Below are positions 23,230 to 36,300 of a DNA stretch of 64,000 bases, piece after piece. The DNA is taken from contig OZ076413.1 of the NCBI GenBank assembly GCA_964187785.1, positions 73,036,001 through 73,100,000 of the forward strand, read 5' to 3'. A model generated the notes under the pieces. That model ran no database searches and had not been told where the DNA came from. It worked only from the letters and a program-made list of their open reading frames with translations. This stretch comes from Amphiscolops sp. MND2022 (lineage: Eukaryota). The position numbers and the translations under genes were made by a program. The stretch's first letter is position 1. Each line of letters begins with the position of its first letter.

Positions 23230-24695
23230 CACCATTTGCAATTCAAGAGAGAGAAAAGACTGATTTGAGTGAGTGAAAAAGCACATTCAAGTGAGAACAC
23301 GCCGTAAGTGACAAGTGACATTCAAGTGAGAAATCAAACGTTCAAGTGAGAGAAAACGGAAATTCAAGTGAGAGTGTTCATACCTTGTTCAAAGCCTCTT
23401 CGAATTTTTTCATTCTGAACAACTACTCGTCCAAATCAGGCCGTCCAAAGTCCCAGTTGTTGACAAAGGAAGAACTATCGCTGCATTTTTGAGCGGAGAT
23501 TAAGTTTTTCTCGAAGTTGCCAAAATATTGAACGTGAATTCGAGCACAGCCTACACCTTAGTAGCACGCCGTGACCAAGCTGTTCAGATACATGAGGGCG
23601 AATGTTATCAAAACTTTGATGGAGAAATGAAATAAAAAGCAGTCGATATACTCAGCAAAAAACCCCCCTCATTACACTCAAATGTACGAAAAAACAACTG
23701 CCTTAGGAGCTCCCAGAAAAAAATCACGTACATACAAAAACATGAGCAAATGCCCTGGACGGACTTGCGTATATCCTCAAGCAACAGTGTGACGTACCTG
23801 GAGACAGAAACAGGGCTGATGTCATAAACGAGAGATATGAATATGCGAGGTGGCTAACTAGTCCAAATCTGGTCAACGCCTGCAAAATTTACGTTGACGA
23901 ATTCGGAATAAACATTCACACAAAGAGAAACCAAGCATTCAGTATTAGAAGAACTAGGGAATACCGCAACGTATCAGGACAGAAGTCATAGAACGTGACA
24001 GTATGTTTTGGCATCGTTGCAGAATATGGGATTGTGTATTATGGGATATACAGAGGTGCATGATCATATCCAGGTACCAAGAATTTGTTAGCTTATGTTT
24101 TGGAAATCTGATAGCGGAAATGTGTGAGGATACCTCATTTTGGATAACGCACTAGCCCATCGTGACATTGAATTGCTGAATATGGATCAACTGAGCTTCA
24201 GACTTTTGCCAAAGTACAGCCCATTTTTGAAAATTCCATTTCGTGGAAAACGCCATTTCATGCTGGAAAAATGTGTTCAAGTGTCAGCCCTCATCAAGGC
24301 AAAACGAGTTCACTGAGATGGCTCCTAATGGAGGAACGCTGGCCGATCAGATATTCATTTTACATTCAGAGATATTAGAATCTACCAAACACGTAATAAC
24401 TCTTGAAAAATGCAGAGCATGGGAACAGTTCGTACTTTCATACCAAACTTCTTGCCTGGCAAACAAAAAAATCGACAGCTGAAGCTATCTTTCGAAACAA
24501 TACATGTTAATTTAAAAATTCTTTCACTTAAATTACTCTCTATTCGTTAATTAACGAACACTCTCATTGACTTCCTGTTCTTTCTCAGCTGAATGTTCGA
24601 TTTCTCACTTGAATCTCACTTTCAACATGTTCTCACTTGAATGTGCTTTTTTTCACTCGAATGGGCCTTTTCTTTCACTTGAATTGCAACTGGTG
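23230..24695 (+). mobile_element. Complete but decayed IS630-Tc1-mariner element (1466 bp)
   Basis: TA|CACCATTTGCAATTCAAGAGAGAGAAAAG ... CTTTTCTTTCACTTGAATTGCAACTGGTG|TA is a 29-bp TIR with 3 mismatches. Subterminal TTCAAGTGAG repeats. Peptides IYVDE, ILDNALAH, LPKYSPFL and ENAISCWK. Confidence 0.9.
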
Positions 24696-26264
24696 TAATC
24701 ACCGAGAGTGATAGAGCGCAAAGTAATACAAATACATTTCTTCGGTGCTAACCATTCTTCAAAAATTGCTCGGCCTCGTAGTCGGTACCATTTCAATCCT
24801 TCTTTACTAATCAATCTTGGTTCCATTTTACCGTCGGTACGATTCTACAGTACTAACCAACATTCACTTGACTTTCTTGGTACATCCTTCTTTTGTACTA
24901 ACAAAATACTTTGGTTCAATATTTGTCTGGTACAAACTAAAACAAAAAACTTAATTTTTGGTCATCCTTTATTCTACACTTTTATTGCCTTCTTTATATG
25001 ATTCTGACTGTATCTTTTCGATATTGTTGTACATTTTTGGCGTTTTTGCGATCGTTGCTCCCGTGGTTGACAAACTCATGCTTGATTGGCTTCCTTGATA
25101 ATTTAACAGATCACAAAATCAATGTTTTTAACTGAAACCCTTGCTACCATCATGCTTTTTGTCACTTATGTTTTTGCAGTGCTTGTTTTCTTGAAGCTTC
25201 TCGGTAAAAATTATCATTTCCCTTTTCCAATAACGCTATAACTCAATCCTCTTTTTAAAAACTTCTTCCTAATTATTCAAACATTCTCTCTAACAATTTG
25301 TTCACGCTCCCTTCCTTATTCTTTTCCTCCCCTGTTCATTTCAATCAACACTTTCATTTCTATCACCTCATAAACATTATCAATATCCCCAACAGTTTTA
25401 TGCTTCCCTTTCTTCTCAACGCAAATCCCCTCATTGCACTCACAGAATTTTCAATCATAACACTCCTCTTACTCTTTTCAATAGCCTATTTTCATCCTCA
25501 CCTCCTATTTCATTGCCGATTTATCCTCTACAATATCCATCATTGCTTTTACCCCCCCTATTACATCATCAATTTACCCGATATTCTTTTAAATAGACTG
25601 TGGATAATTGATTTATCCTCACCGCAACTCCTAATGACTGCCACGTTCTCCTTTGATTCCCCTCCCTGTTTCCTTTGATTTTACTCATCATTGTCGTTCA
25701 AAAGACACCACTCAAACCCTTAAAAAGTTCTTCACGGTGAAGCTTCTTTTTCATATCCTCTCGACTATGTTATACACACAGCAAAAATATAACCGCAACT
25801 AAAACTCAAGTTCCAATTGCTCAAGTTTTTACTACTTTCCTCAATTTTAAAAAAACAATTCTTCTACCTCATTATGCCTTACAACATGCTACACAAGCCC
25901 TCCTTCAAAAAAAGACAGTTTTTGTCTCCCCAATATTGAAAACCTTTGAACACTATCCTCGTCCATTGAAAGCAATCCTGGTCATTGGCTCCACCTTGAC
26001 AATCTTCAACTTCATCATTTTCAATATGATTTTTTTTCAAAACCTCACCTTAGAGTCCCAAACTAGTTTACTCTCGTTTCTTCAGAAAACATTTTTGATA
26101 TAACTACCAACTCATTTGAAAAACAAAATTCCACAATGCTAGTTTTCTTTTTCCTTCAAAGTTTTCCTCCGATGTACTAATGCTTTTAATTTACTGCAAA
26201 CAGTAAACTTGCCACCCTCATTTTTGAAATCTCCTTGACTTTCGACTGGCTCTTTTCACCTACC

Positions 26265-27051
26265 TTAAGTTTGATTACATAAGTAAGCATCAAAAAAAGT
26301 CTTGAACGTCCTGTTTTTGTTAGATCTAATGCAATCATAATTCATCAAACTCCATACATATGGATTCCACAGATCTTTGCAGCGAGCAATTATCTTTCCT
26401 GCACGCTTTTCAAACAAAAAACAGTCATCGACCGCGCTCAAATTTTGTTCTAAAGTGAGGCGCGTGGTTGATTGGTTTTCAGTTATCACGAGTATATGTT
26501 TGTCATCATCAAATTTGAACTTTTTCCCTGCTGTATTTTTCAACATATCTGCAATGTAAAAAATAAAAAGCAGAGGGGACAGTACATTGCCCTGCGGTAC
26601 GCCGTGCTCTGGTTGAAAAAAAAGGCTGGTCAAATCATTGAGATTTGTTTTCACAACGCGGTAAATGAGAAACTTAATGAGTAGTTGGAAGTCCTTTGAT
26701 TTTGCTGTCCAAAGTTTGAGCAACCAAATATTGTGCCAAACACTATCAAATGCTTTTTCAAGATCAAGGTTGATCAGAGCAGATTTCTTTTTGTCTCTAG
26801 TGAGTAATTCGTATTCACTTTTGAGTAGGTACTGTGAACGCGTAGTGCTCTTTTTATGCAGGAAACCTTCTTGTGCATGGTCAATTAAGTTGTTTTGATC
26901 AGAAAGTTTTTTTTCTGTTGTTAAGTGTCCTCTCAACACTTTACCAAAGTGGCTGATCATGCAGAGGGGTCGGTGTTGTCTGGTTTGGAAGGTTTCCTAA
27001 TGAAAGGAACACGAGGTTCAGTCCACTGCTATCGACTATTTGTTAGGCAGG
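26265..27051 (-). mobile_element. Non-LTR retrotransposon (LINE) reverse transcriptase fragment
   Basis: QEGF, DLEKAFDSVWH, GVPQGNVLSPLLF and KFDDD motifs. Upstream FIRKPSRPDNTDPSA. The 5' part is duplicated at 28037-28382. Confidence 0.92.
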
Positions 27052-29363
27052 TGTCACGACACGCACCTGGTCGATGCCTCGCTTGTCATGAAGGCATACA
27101 CAGATTTGCAAGAGGTCTTTGCCATTTGAAAAACTTATGGGACGTGAGTTATATTGTCCCTACTTACAGTAAAGCTGAATAAGTCAGAAGAATTTTCCAA
27201 CGGGCAAGTGCTAACGTAAAGGAAACGAAAAATTTCAAGAAATGATTTTTTGTCTAGCCTAAACTTGCAGTCATAACATTTTTTGCGAGAACATTTGCTT
27301 CCGGTTTGGTCGACTGAAATAAATTTCCATACTAATCATATTTTCAAAACAGACAAAGATTCCAAAAGGAATTGGTTTTTCCTTACTCACCTTGAAAAAA
27401 AGCATTGGAAATATTTTTTACTCCGTGTTTCCAACGGAATTCATACAAACTAAAAATGAAACTAACATACAGAAAAGCAGAGTGGATTGGTTTTCTAGTA
27501 TTGAAGAAGTTAACAAAACTCACTTAAATCACCGTCAATTAAATTAAGCAAAGAAATACAAGGTCATGGCCGCGTGACTCAGTGAGATTAGCAACTGGTA
27601 TTTTTAGTTTTACGGAACAATAGCGTCGGCTCTTGGATAAGTTATTTGCGCTCCAATCATACAAGTATGATTTTTAGTTACGTCACTAGCTAAAAAGAAT
27701 AAGAACGGAGACCCACACGCTCCGCAACATCTCCGTCAATTGCTTGTCAGCTATAAACAATCTTATTACATTCGGAGATGCTACGGAAACGATTGTAAAA
27801 CTGTACTACCAAATGATGCTTTAAACTGTTCTAAACGGAATGTCGCTAGGAAATGAAACTTCGTGATGATTTCACCTAACAAAAGATGTACTGTAAGGAA
27901 CCATGGAGAAAGTGTGCTTACAATCTTACTGATATTTTGAGTTTTGGATTAAGCTTTCAATCACGAGATCACGTTTATTTTATGGCACAATGTGATTTTT
28001 CTTGAATGGTTAAAGTCGAATAGTCAACTCAGAATAGTCCAAAGTTTGAGCAACCAAATATTGTGCCAAACAATATCAAATGCTTTATCAAGATCAAGGT
28101 TGATCAGAGCAGATTTCTTTTTTGTATCTAGTGAGTAATTCGTATTCACTTTTGAGTAGGTACTGTGAACGCGTAGTGCTCTTTTTATGCAGGAAGCCTT
28201 CTTGTGCATGGTCAATTAAGTTGTTTTGATCAGAAAGTTTTTTTTATAATGTTAAGTGTCCTCTCAACACATTACCAAAGTGGCTGATCATGCAGAGGGG
28301 TCGGTGTTGTCTGGTTTGGAAGGTTTCCTAATGAAAGGAACACGAGGTTCAGTCCACTGCTATCGACTATTTGTTAGGCAGGTGTCACGACACGCACCTG
28401 GTCGATGCCTCGCTTGTCATGAAGGCATACACAGATTTGCAAGAGGTCTTTGCCATTAGAAAAACTTATGGGACGTGAGTTATATTGTCCCTACTTACAG
28501 TAAAGCTGAATAAGTCAGAAGAATTTTCCAACGGGCAAGTGCTAACGTAAAGGAAACGAAAAATTTCAAAAAATCATTTTTTGTCTAGCCTAAACTTGCA
28601 GTCATAACATTTTTTGCGAGAACATTTGCTTCCGGTTTGGTCGACTGAAATAAATTTCCATACTAATCATATTTTCAAAACAGACAAAGATTCCAAAAGG
28701 AATTGGTTTTTCCTTACTCACCCTGAGAAAAAGCATTGGAAATATTTTTTACTCCGTGTTTCCAACGGAATTCATACAAACTAAAAATGAAACTAACATA
28801 CAGAAAAGCAGAGTGGATTGGTTTTCTAGTACTGAAGAAGTTAACAAAACTCACTTAAATCACCGTCAATTAAATTAAGCAAAGAAATACAAGGTCATGG
28901 CCGCGTGACTCAGTGAGATTAGCAACTGGTATTTTTAGTTTTACGGAACAATAGCGTCGGCTCTTGGATAAGTTATTTGCGCTCCAATCATACAAGTATG
29001 ATTTTTAGTGACGTCACTAGCTAAAAAGAATAAGAACGGAGACCCACACGCTCCGCAACATCTCCGTCAATTGCTTGTCAGCTATAAACAATCTTATTAC
29101 ATTCGGAGATGCTACGGAAACGATTGTAAAACTGTACTACCAAATGATGCTTTAAACTGTTCTAAACGGAATGTCGCTAGGAAATGAAACTTCGTGATGA
29201 TTTCACCTAACAAAAGATGTACTGTAAGGAACCATGGAGAAAGTGTGCTTACAATCTTACTGATATTTTGAGTTTTGGATTAAGCTTTCAATCACGAGAT
29301 CACGTTTATTTTATGGCACAATGTGATTTTTCTTGAATGGTTAAAGTCGAATAGTCAACTCAG
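26707..29363. repeat. ~1330-bp near-identical tandem duplication spanning the LINE/LTR junction
   Basis: 26707-28033 is repeated at 28037-29363 (paralogous ORFs at 26925 and 28256). Confidence 0.95.
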
Positions 29364-30134
29364 CTATGAATTATAACTTGATGAATAAGACACAGTGCAA
29401 CATAAGGTCAACGTCACCTTTTCTAGCCAGCACTGTTATATGAATTTTTCCACGAGAACGAAACATTTGTTGGGATAATGTCGTACTTGTTGTTGCGATG
29501 AATTATTATGAATCGTCGGAATAAGTTGTCGTCTTAGTTGATGTATTATGTTAATCGAAGAAGTTCATACCTATTTTTTGTTTTGTTGCTAAAATGACGC
29601 GAATCAACTAAATTTTTTAGTGAACCAATCTAATTTTTACGATACCTAGGAATCATTAGGTGAGGAACGAAGTATGCTGGAATGGTGTAATTATGTAAAA
29701 CAAATATGTAAAGTTTAGTCGATATGTTTGTTTTTTTCAAATTTATACTCTCCGCTAACTCAAAGTTAGAACGAAAATTTCTTTTTTGATATCACCAAGT
29801 CCAAGAATCCCTTCCTTTCAACTACAATGACAACTCGTAGTAAGAAGAAAGCTGTAGTTGAACTAGTAGCAGGAGATTTCGAAGCTTCTGTAGTCGAAAC
29901 CAGTCAACCTGAGACTTTTGTAGCAGGTCCAAAGTTCAATTTAAAACTATTATTGAGACTCTTGGCAGAAAAGGAATAAGAAATGTTGAAACTTATAGAA
30001 CAACCTGTTGAGAAACCTACGATTCCACAACACCTAGAAGGCTCCGATGCGGATTACCCTCCCTGCATCAACTTCGACACCTATAAAATCAAAAGCGACT
30101 ACCTGTAAAATTACTCCAGTGAATAGTCGTAACA
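27052..30134 (+). mobile_element. Solo LTR (~1.75 kb net of the internal duplication) inserted in the LINE
   Basis: Begins TGTCACGAC and ends GTCGTAACA (TG..CA, 8/9 inverted). Degenerate 5-bp TSD gcagg/tcggg. Removing the LTR restores the LINE frame NLFNSCLTN. Homologous to 38848-40955. Confidence 0.75.
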
Positions 30135-30390
30135 TCGGGAATTGAAAAGATTGAATTGACATGTAAACCATTCCGGTCCTGATCTGACAATAATCTTGGC
30201 GTGGAAGGTTTTTTCGTCAAATTAGCATGCTGTGTTGTGAAATAATGACATTATCAAGTTCATCTAGCTGAATGTCTTCATTATACCATACATTATACCG
30301 TTACGGTTTTTGCTACAGCTGGTGAATGACTTCAATTTGATGATTCGACATTTGCTGAAAATCCTTCTCATTCAAATTTTTTCCGCTGAA
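30135..30390 (-). mobile_element. LINE ORF2 fragment (pre-RT linker)
   Basis: WYNEDIQLDELDNVI and SGPEWFTCQFNLF; paralogous to 40956-41190. Confidence 0.7.
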
Positions 30391-33300
30391 CGGAACCAGA
30401 CATCTACAATAGAAATTCCCTCCCGTCCAAACTTCATGTACAGAACCCCCGAAACCAGAAGACGAAAAACAAAGCTACCCGTACCACCATGGCCGTCACA
30501 AACCGCGCCCGTCACGCAAGTTCTCGCCAGACACGATGACAAAACGGGTTGTCCGATCCTCAACCCAAGACCTAGATGCCAATAAAGAATTCAACCAACA
30601 TGAGAACAAAAACGATTGCATTACGTTGATATTGACAATCACCCTCAAAAAAGAAAAATGCTCCTCTTACGCCTGATCTTCAACAAACTCAAAATCAAAA
30701 CGTTAGTCGACTCAGGTACGTATGTGAATGTTTTTAGCGGAAAAGAGGCAGAAGAAATAAGGCAGAAAGCAAACCAGTGCATCATCCAAAAACGCCACCC
30801 CTTTCAAAATTCAATATGTCAATGCTGAACTCGAACAAGAGCGCGCTAAATACACGGTGCGATCCGAAGTAGAAGACTACGCCTGATTCATGATTACAAT
30901 GTACTACAGAATCATCGGCTTGACGTTCCTACGAAACCCTTCCGCAATACTGGACAACGCCCAAGAAAAATAGATTTCCCAAAGATGCAAATCTCGATGG
31001 CTCTCAGGAATGAAATGCAGAAATGCAATCCAAAGTCTATCACCATCAAAACAGAGAGCAAACACATCATACCTGCACAGTCATGATTCACGCGTCAATA
31101 TCTGCGAGCAACGAACACCCAATAATACTGTACAACCTCTGTTGCAATTTGACGCGTGTGCAAACTCATTGCAGATCCGGCGATGACAAGAACCAGAGAC
31201 AAGCGAGTAGCTATCAAGATTGCGAACGCTACAAACTTCTCTTATACAGTCACACCCAACACCAAACTAACCGAATTGCAGATTTTGAAACCCGTAGAAA
31301 CGAAATCAATCCGTCCAGTTGACATCGCAGCGCTGAATCTACTAACAGATCACGACGACGTGGTCACGTATATAAATTCCCTAAGGCAAGTCGAACGCCC
31401 TTACGACAGCGACAAAAATTCTGGTTCCTCACTCCAGAAAATCCAGGCAATATATCCTAGAACTCCCCGATACAACAGCAAATCCTCAAACAATTACGTG
31501 AACAAGCCGAGTTCGAAAACCTTCACCCATAAAAAGTGAAGTTTCTGTAAAATCCTATCCACGTTTAATTGGACCGACTCACTAACCACGGGAGAAGACC
31601 GCGAAAACATAGATCATATTCATTGTCGAAGTCAACGATGTCTTCGCACGTCGTAAACTCGAACTTTGTATGAACCAACAATTCGAAGTTAGCTCAACAC
31701 GAAAAGATGACAACTTTGTCTACACCCTTAGTCTTCCAGTGCCAATCAGCCTGAAAGAAGACCTGACGGTAAAGCTAGCACTCATGTATCGCTACGGCAT
31801 TATCACGACGCTACCCTTCTCAAATTATACGAGTCCCATTTTCGCACAACGGAAATCCAAGGGAAAGCTGAGACTGCTGGTCTCAGACGACTACATCAAC
31901 AACAACCACCCCATCAGCACTCTCAGATGCCGCTCAACACATAGTCGGAAAAAAACTGTTCTGCAAACTTGACGGTTCCTAAGCCTACAATTGCCTACAA
32001 ATGGCAAACCAAAGGTCCGTTTAAATCAATTTTTAAAATTTTGCTACCAGAATGTTTGCCTACCCCAGAGTGGCCCTAGGACTTAGCAGGGCTTTGTCGG
32101 CATTCTAAAGTTTTATGCAAGAGTACCTGGACACAGTCATCAAAGCAGATCATGGTGCCTAAAATGTAGACGATTTTGGGATAGCTGCAAACACTACGCA
32201 ACACTAGTGATCAAGAACATCAGAGCAGTTTTCAAATGCATCAGAAAAGCACGTTTGAAATTGAAAATCGAGGTGTATTTCTTTGAGATAACCCAAACTG
32301 AATTCCTTGGTGGAACCATCACCCCTGACAGAGTTGTGACACATCACAAAATTACAACTTTCCTGTCCAAAGTTCAATTCTCGAAATCCAAGAAACAAGT
32401 CCAAAAACACATCGGTTTTGTCATTTCTTACCGCAACTACATACCTTGACTCTCGGAAAAATCAATCGGGTTCTACGAACTTTTAAAAGCTGATGCAAAT
32501 TCACAACCTCTGAAGAACTAGTCAAAAAAGTAAAAAAAAATACGCTAGCATAGCGGAAGCCAGTGAACTGGCCCTACGACAGCCGGTAGCAGGAAAACAA
32601 TACTGATGATAGAAGAGAACGTCCAACCAAAAACGCTTTCAAAACGAAAAACATTCGCCCCAGTAGTGTTCGGATCACTTGTGTTCTCACCGGCTCAGCT
32701 GACAATGTCAATTTAATGCAAAGAATTCTTGACCATATATCACAGATTCCTTGAATATAGTCATATTCTATGGGAAACAACTACCCTGACTCTAGTTCTA
32801 ACAGACCACAGATTATTTTAAACAAACACTACACCACCTGCCTTGTGGAATGCATGTTACTATGTCCTACAGTTCAAGCTCCGTATCCACCAGGTATCAG
32901 GCTCCCAAAACACGGCAGCAGATTTTTATCGCGACTAGAAATAACTCCCAAAAGAAGTCCAACTGAAATTACGAGCCGAAATACTAACGACACCAGTAGA
33001 AGCCAACCTACAATCAACAGTCTTCACAGACAAAGAAAAACATTTCTTTCTATCAGACGGCGAAGAAGAATCCGAACAGGAGATGTTCGCCAGAAAAACA
33101 CTCTGCAAACAGCATGCCATCGACGAAAAAAAAACAAGAAATGTCCACTAAAGTACCCTTTGACAAATACCCTTCAACTCCGCAGTAAGCACGTTTGCAG
33201 CGAGTCAAAAAAACGCCCGTATCAGAAACGAGCATGACGCAGACCCTCTACTCAAAACGCTGAAACTGCGATTACTTCACAAAAAATACCACAAACATCT

Positions 33301-36300
33301 TCTCAAAACTGAACCAAGGGCAAGAAGTCTACTGCGCCATGAAAAAAGCCCCTTCATGAAAGACGGAGTATTCATGCAAATAATATACGTAGAAGACGAA
33401 ACGGTCACAAATCACTATGTAAAAGTACCAAAACATATAGTCCCAGAAATACTGCCTACCCTGCATGGGAAAACGAACAAACACCCCGGAATCGCAAAAA
33501 AGATACAAGAATGCAAAACAATGTACTACTACCCGAAACAAGCGCGGAGTATCGGAGCACGTGTAAACAACTGGCCAAAATGCATTGTGAACAAAAGAAT
33601 TGACCTGATTGCTTGAAAGTAGATATGCTACCAAATCTACCCTCATCAAACGGAAACAAACACATCAAAAAATGATGGAAGTTTTTTCCGTTACCTTTCC
33701 GCCTACCCCACACAGGAAATGACTGCTTGAACAGTCGGACGTTGCATCATCGACGTAATGGCAAGACACTGCTATCTACCGACAGTTTTACTAACAGACA
33801 AAGGATCACAATTCAGATCAGGGGTGCTCAACCAGATAACACAAACGCTTGACATATGAATAGACTATGCATCGAAAAAAGATGCCGAAACAACCGGCAT
33901 CATAGAAAGAAGTAATGCATATCTAAAGACATCGTTGAACATATGAGAAAGACTGTCGATGTGACACAAATTTGTACAAATATTAGTCTTGGATTACAAC
34001 ACAAGCTACCACGAGAGCTTATGCTACGACACGACAACCGTATTTGACGGACACTTTTCGTAGAACAATGTGGACATGAACCTGGGACTTGAATCAGAAT
34101 AGGGAAGAAGCACTGACGATCATTAGCGGATACTTTAAAGAAACAGATAGCAGAAAAACATCAGTCTGCCAAAAACAACCTGATGCAATCTTACTTTAGG
34201 TAAAAAAAGATACTACGACAAGAAAGCGACCTCAACTCCTCTGAAGCTAATTGACTCTTGTTACGTCATTAACACGGAGGCAGATGACCAGTCAAAGAAA
34301 CTCGCTTTTAAAGATTTTGAAAGTACAGTCAAACAACACCTACGTCGTAAGAAGAACGTGTACAAGAAACACGCAAACCCTCCAGAGAGTTCGCCTGAGG
34401 CTAGATGCGCCCAATCAGCGAGTACCTGACGTAACAGTCAGAGGGGAAGATTATCTTTTAGATCCTGAAGTTGAAATAACTCAGAACGATTGGTACGCAG
34501 AAGCTTCGGAAACCGAAATCGGGGAAGTTCTATTTGGAACGCCAACAAAAGACCAACCAGAAGAAGCCACAGTCACAGAAGTCACCAAAACAGCATGAAA
34601 CGACGGAGCCAAAACGGAAAAAGAGGCAGTTAAAACAACTTCAGTTGAAGAAGGTAAAACATCCTCTGAAAATACCACGTCATTCAACCTAAACGATTGT
34701 GGCAACCCTTTCATGATGTCTCTGCATCTTGTTGAAAATTTGCATATAACACCTACTTTGTCGCCTACCGTAGTCGCGTATACCCTAAAAAAGTAAGCAG
34801 ATGCAACTCAGGACCTAATTTCAAACGGATTGCAAACACTGACTTCAGAATGTCGATACACTTTTTTGGAAAAACCTACGTCAAACCCAAGACTGAATAA
34901 AAACGAGTAGTAGTCAACCAAACCGAACCGGAAACGCAACTGCACTCGCGGTACTACTGCCGGAGGGACCAGTCTCAATATCTTGTTTGATGTGGAAAAC
35001 GGTTAATCCGATTGCATTCCGAACAATGATCATCGAACGTCCGCCGCCGTTCTGCTAGAAAGCCATACGACAATAGAAATCAGTGTATTCATCCACGTCA
35101 GGGTCACATAAATCCTTCCAGAGACTGAATCCAGCCGTAACGACAAAGACACCAGCATCAGCAATAGCAGAACGAATTACCTCCAGAGTTTGCTCTGTAA
35201 AGAAAGCTGGACGCGGATAGCCCGAAGACAACACATATGACTGCACCAACTGCAATTGGACACACCCACCATCTAAACCACAACCACTCATGTCTCTATG
35301 AAAAACGGAGGGTAAAAGCGACTCGGCACCCCCACAAAGATATAACACAGTTTGAAAACACAGAACGAGTGCTGTCACAATAAGCAAGAAAGTCGTTCAG
35401 TGGGGCAATGGGAATCGTAGCGGTCTTTTCAACGTCCATATACTCCTCTCAGAAGTGGATCACTGGAAGGCTTGAAAGCACCATCCTCTTCAACAGGAGG
35501 CAGTACACAAATTTACATAACTCCCTGCAACTGTGAAATGCATTATCTGTGCGATTCTGCATCAACTTTGGCAAATGGGCATTGACTAAAAACACAACGT
35601 AATCCCAACTTCATACTGTTTCCCCACTGAAACAAGAATACGCCCAACAAAAACCACAAAGCAACCTCCTACCAAAACTGCCAAACCCAATAAACAAAAC
35701 TCAGACAACCAGACAAAACATACTATTGGGACAACACCAGCCAAACAGCTATACGCACACGTGTCTAACATCAGACGCAACAACTCGAACCGGTACGAAA
35801 TGAGCCCGCCAGATATCTTAGTACAGTCCATCTCCTTCAATTGAAACACCAATAACAAACGTCAACACATTGGAGACAAAAACCAGGGAAACCAACCAGC
35901 AGATGACGAACAAAGGAAGAAACAAAAAAAATTAGCGACAAAGTGTAACTAACACCAATGGCTTGGTCTTTAACTAAGGCTAACCCAGTACACCGAATAT
36001 ATGGGCGGATAGAGGGCCATAACTCTATCAAATCTGTCAACACGCCACGCAAGTCCTTGAAGGCAACGGAGCCCTGACGGGTACACTTGCGCAACAAAGC
36101 TCTGCTCTCCGTCCAGTTCTCGTATAGTGCACCCTTCAATTTGATGATGACAAACTCAACCAAGCAATTCACCTCGACCATACCAAAGATGACTTTATGA
36201 GCCTGTCCAAAGCATTGAATAAAAACATCCTCGTTAAAAAAACGATGAGCAATGAACAGCTTCCCATCGATGCGGTTGTCCTCCAGTACACGAACAACCG

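Noticed and set aside
25180-26260. Pyrimidine-rich tract (similar tract at 41750-42660) as a gene or LINE endonuclease
   Set aside because: The ORFs are low-complexity F/L/S/H/P runs caused by base composition. No convincing motif was found, so these are probably very old repeats that I cannot classify.
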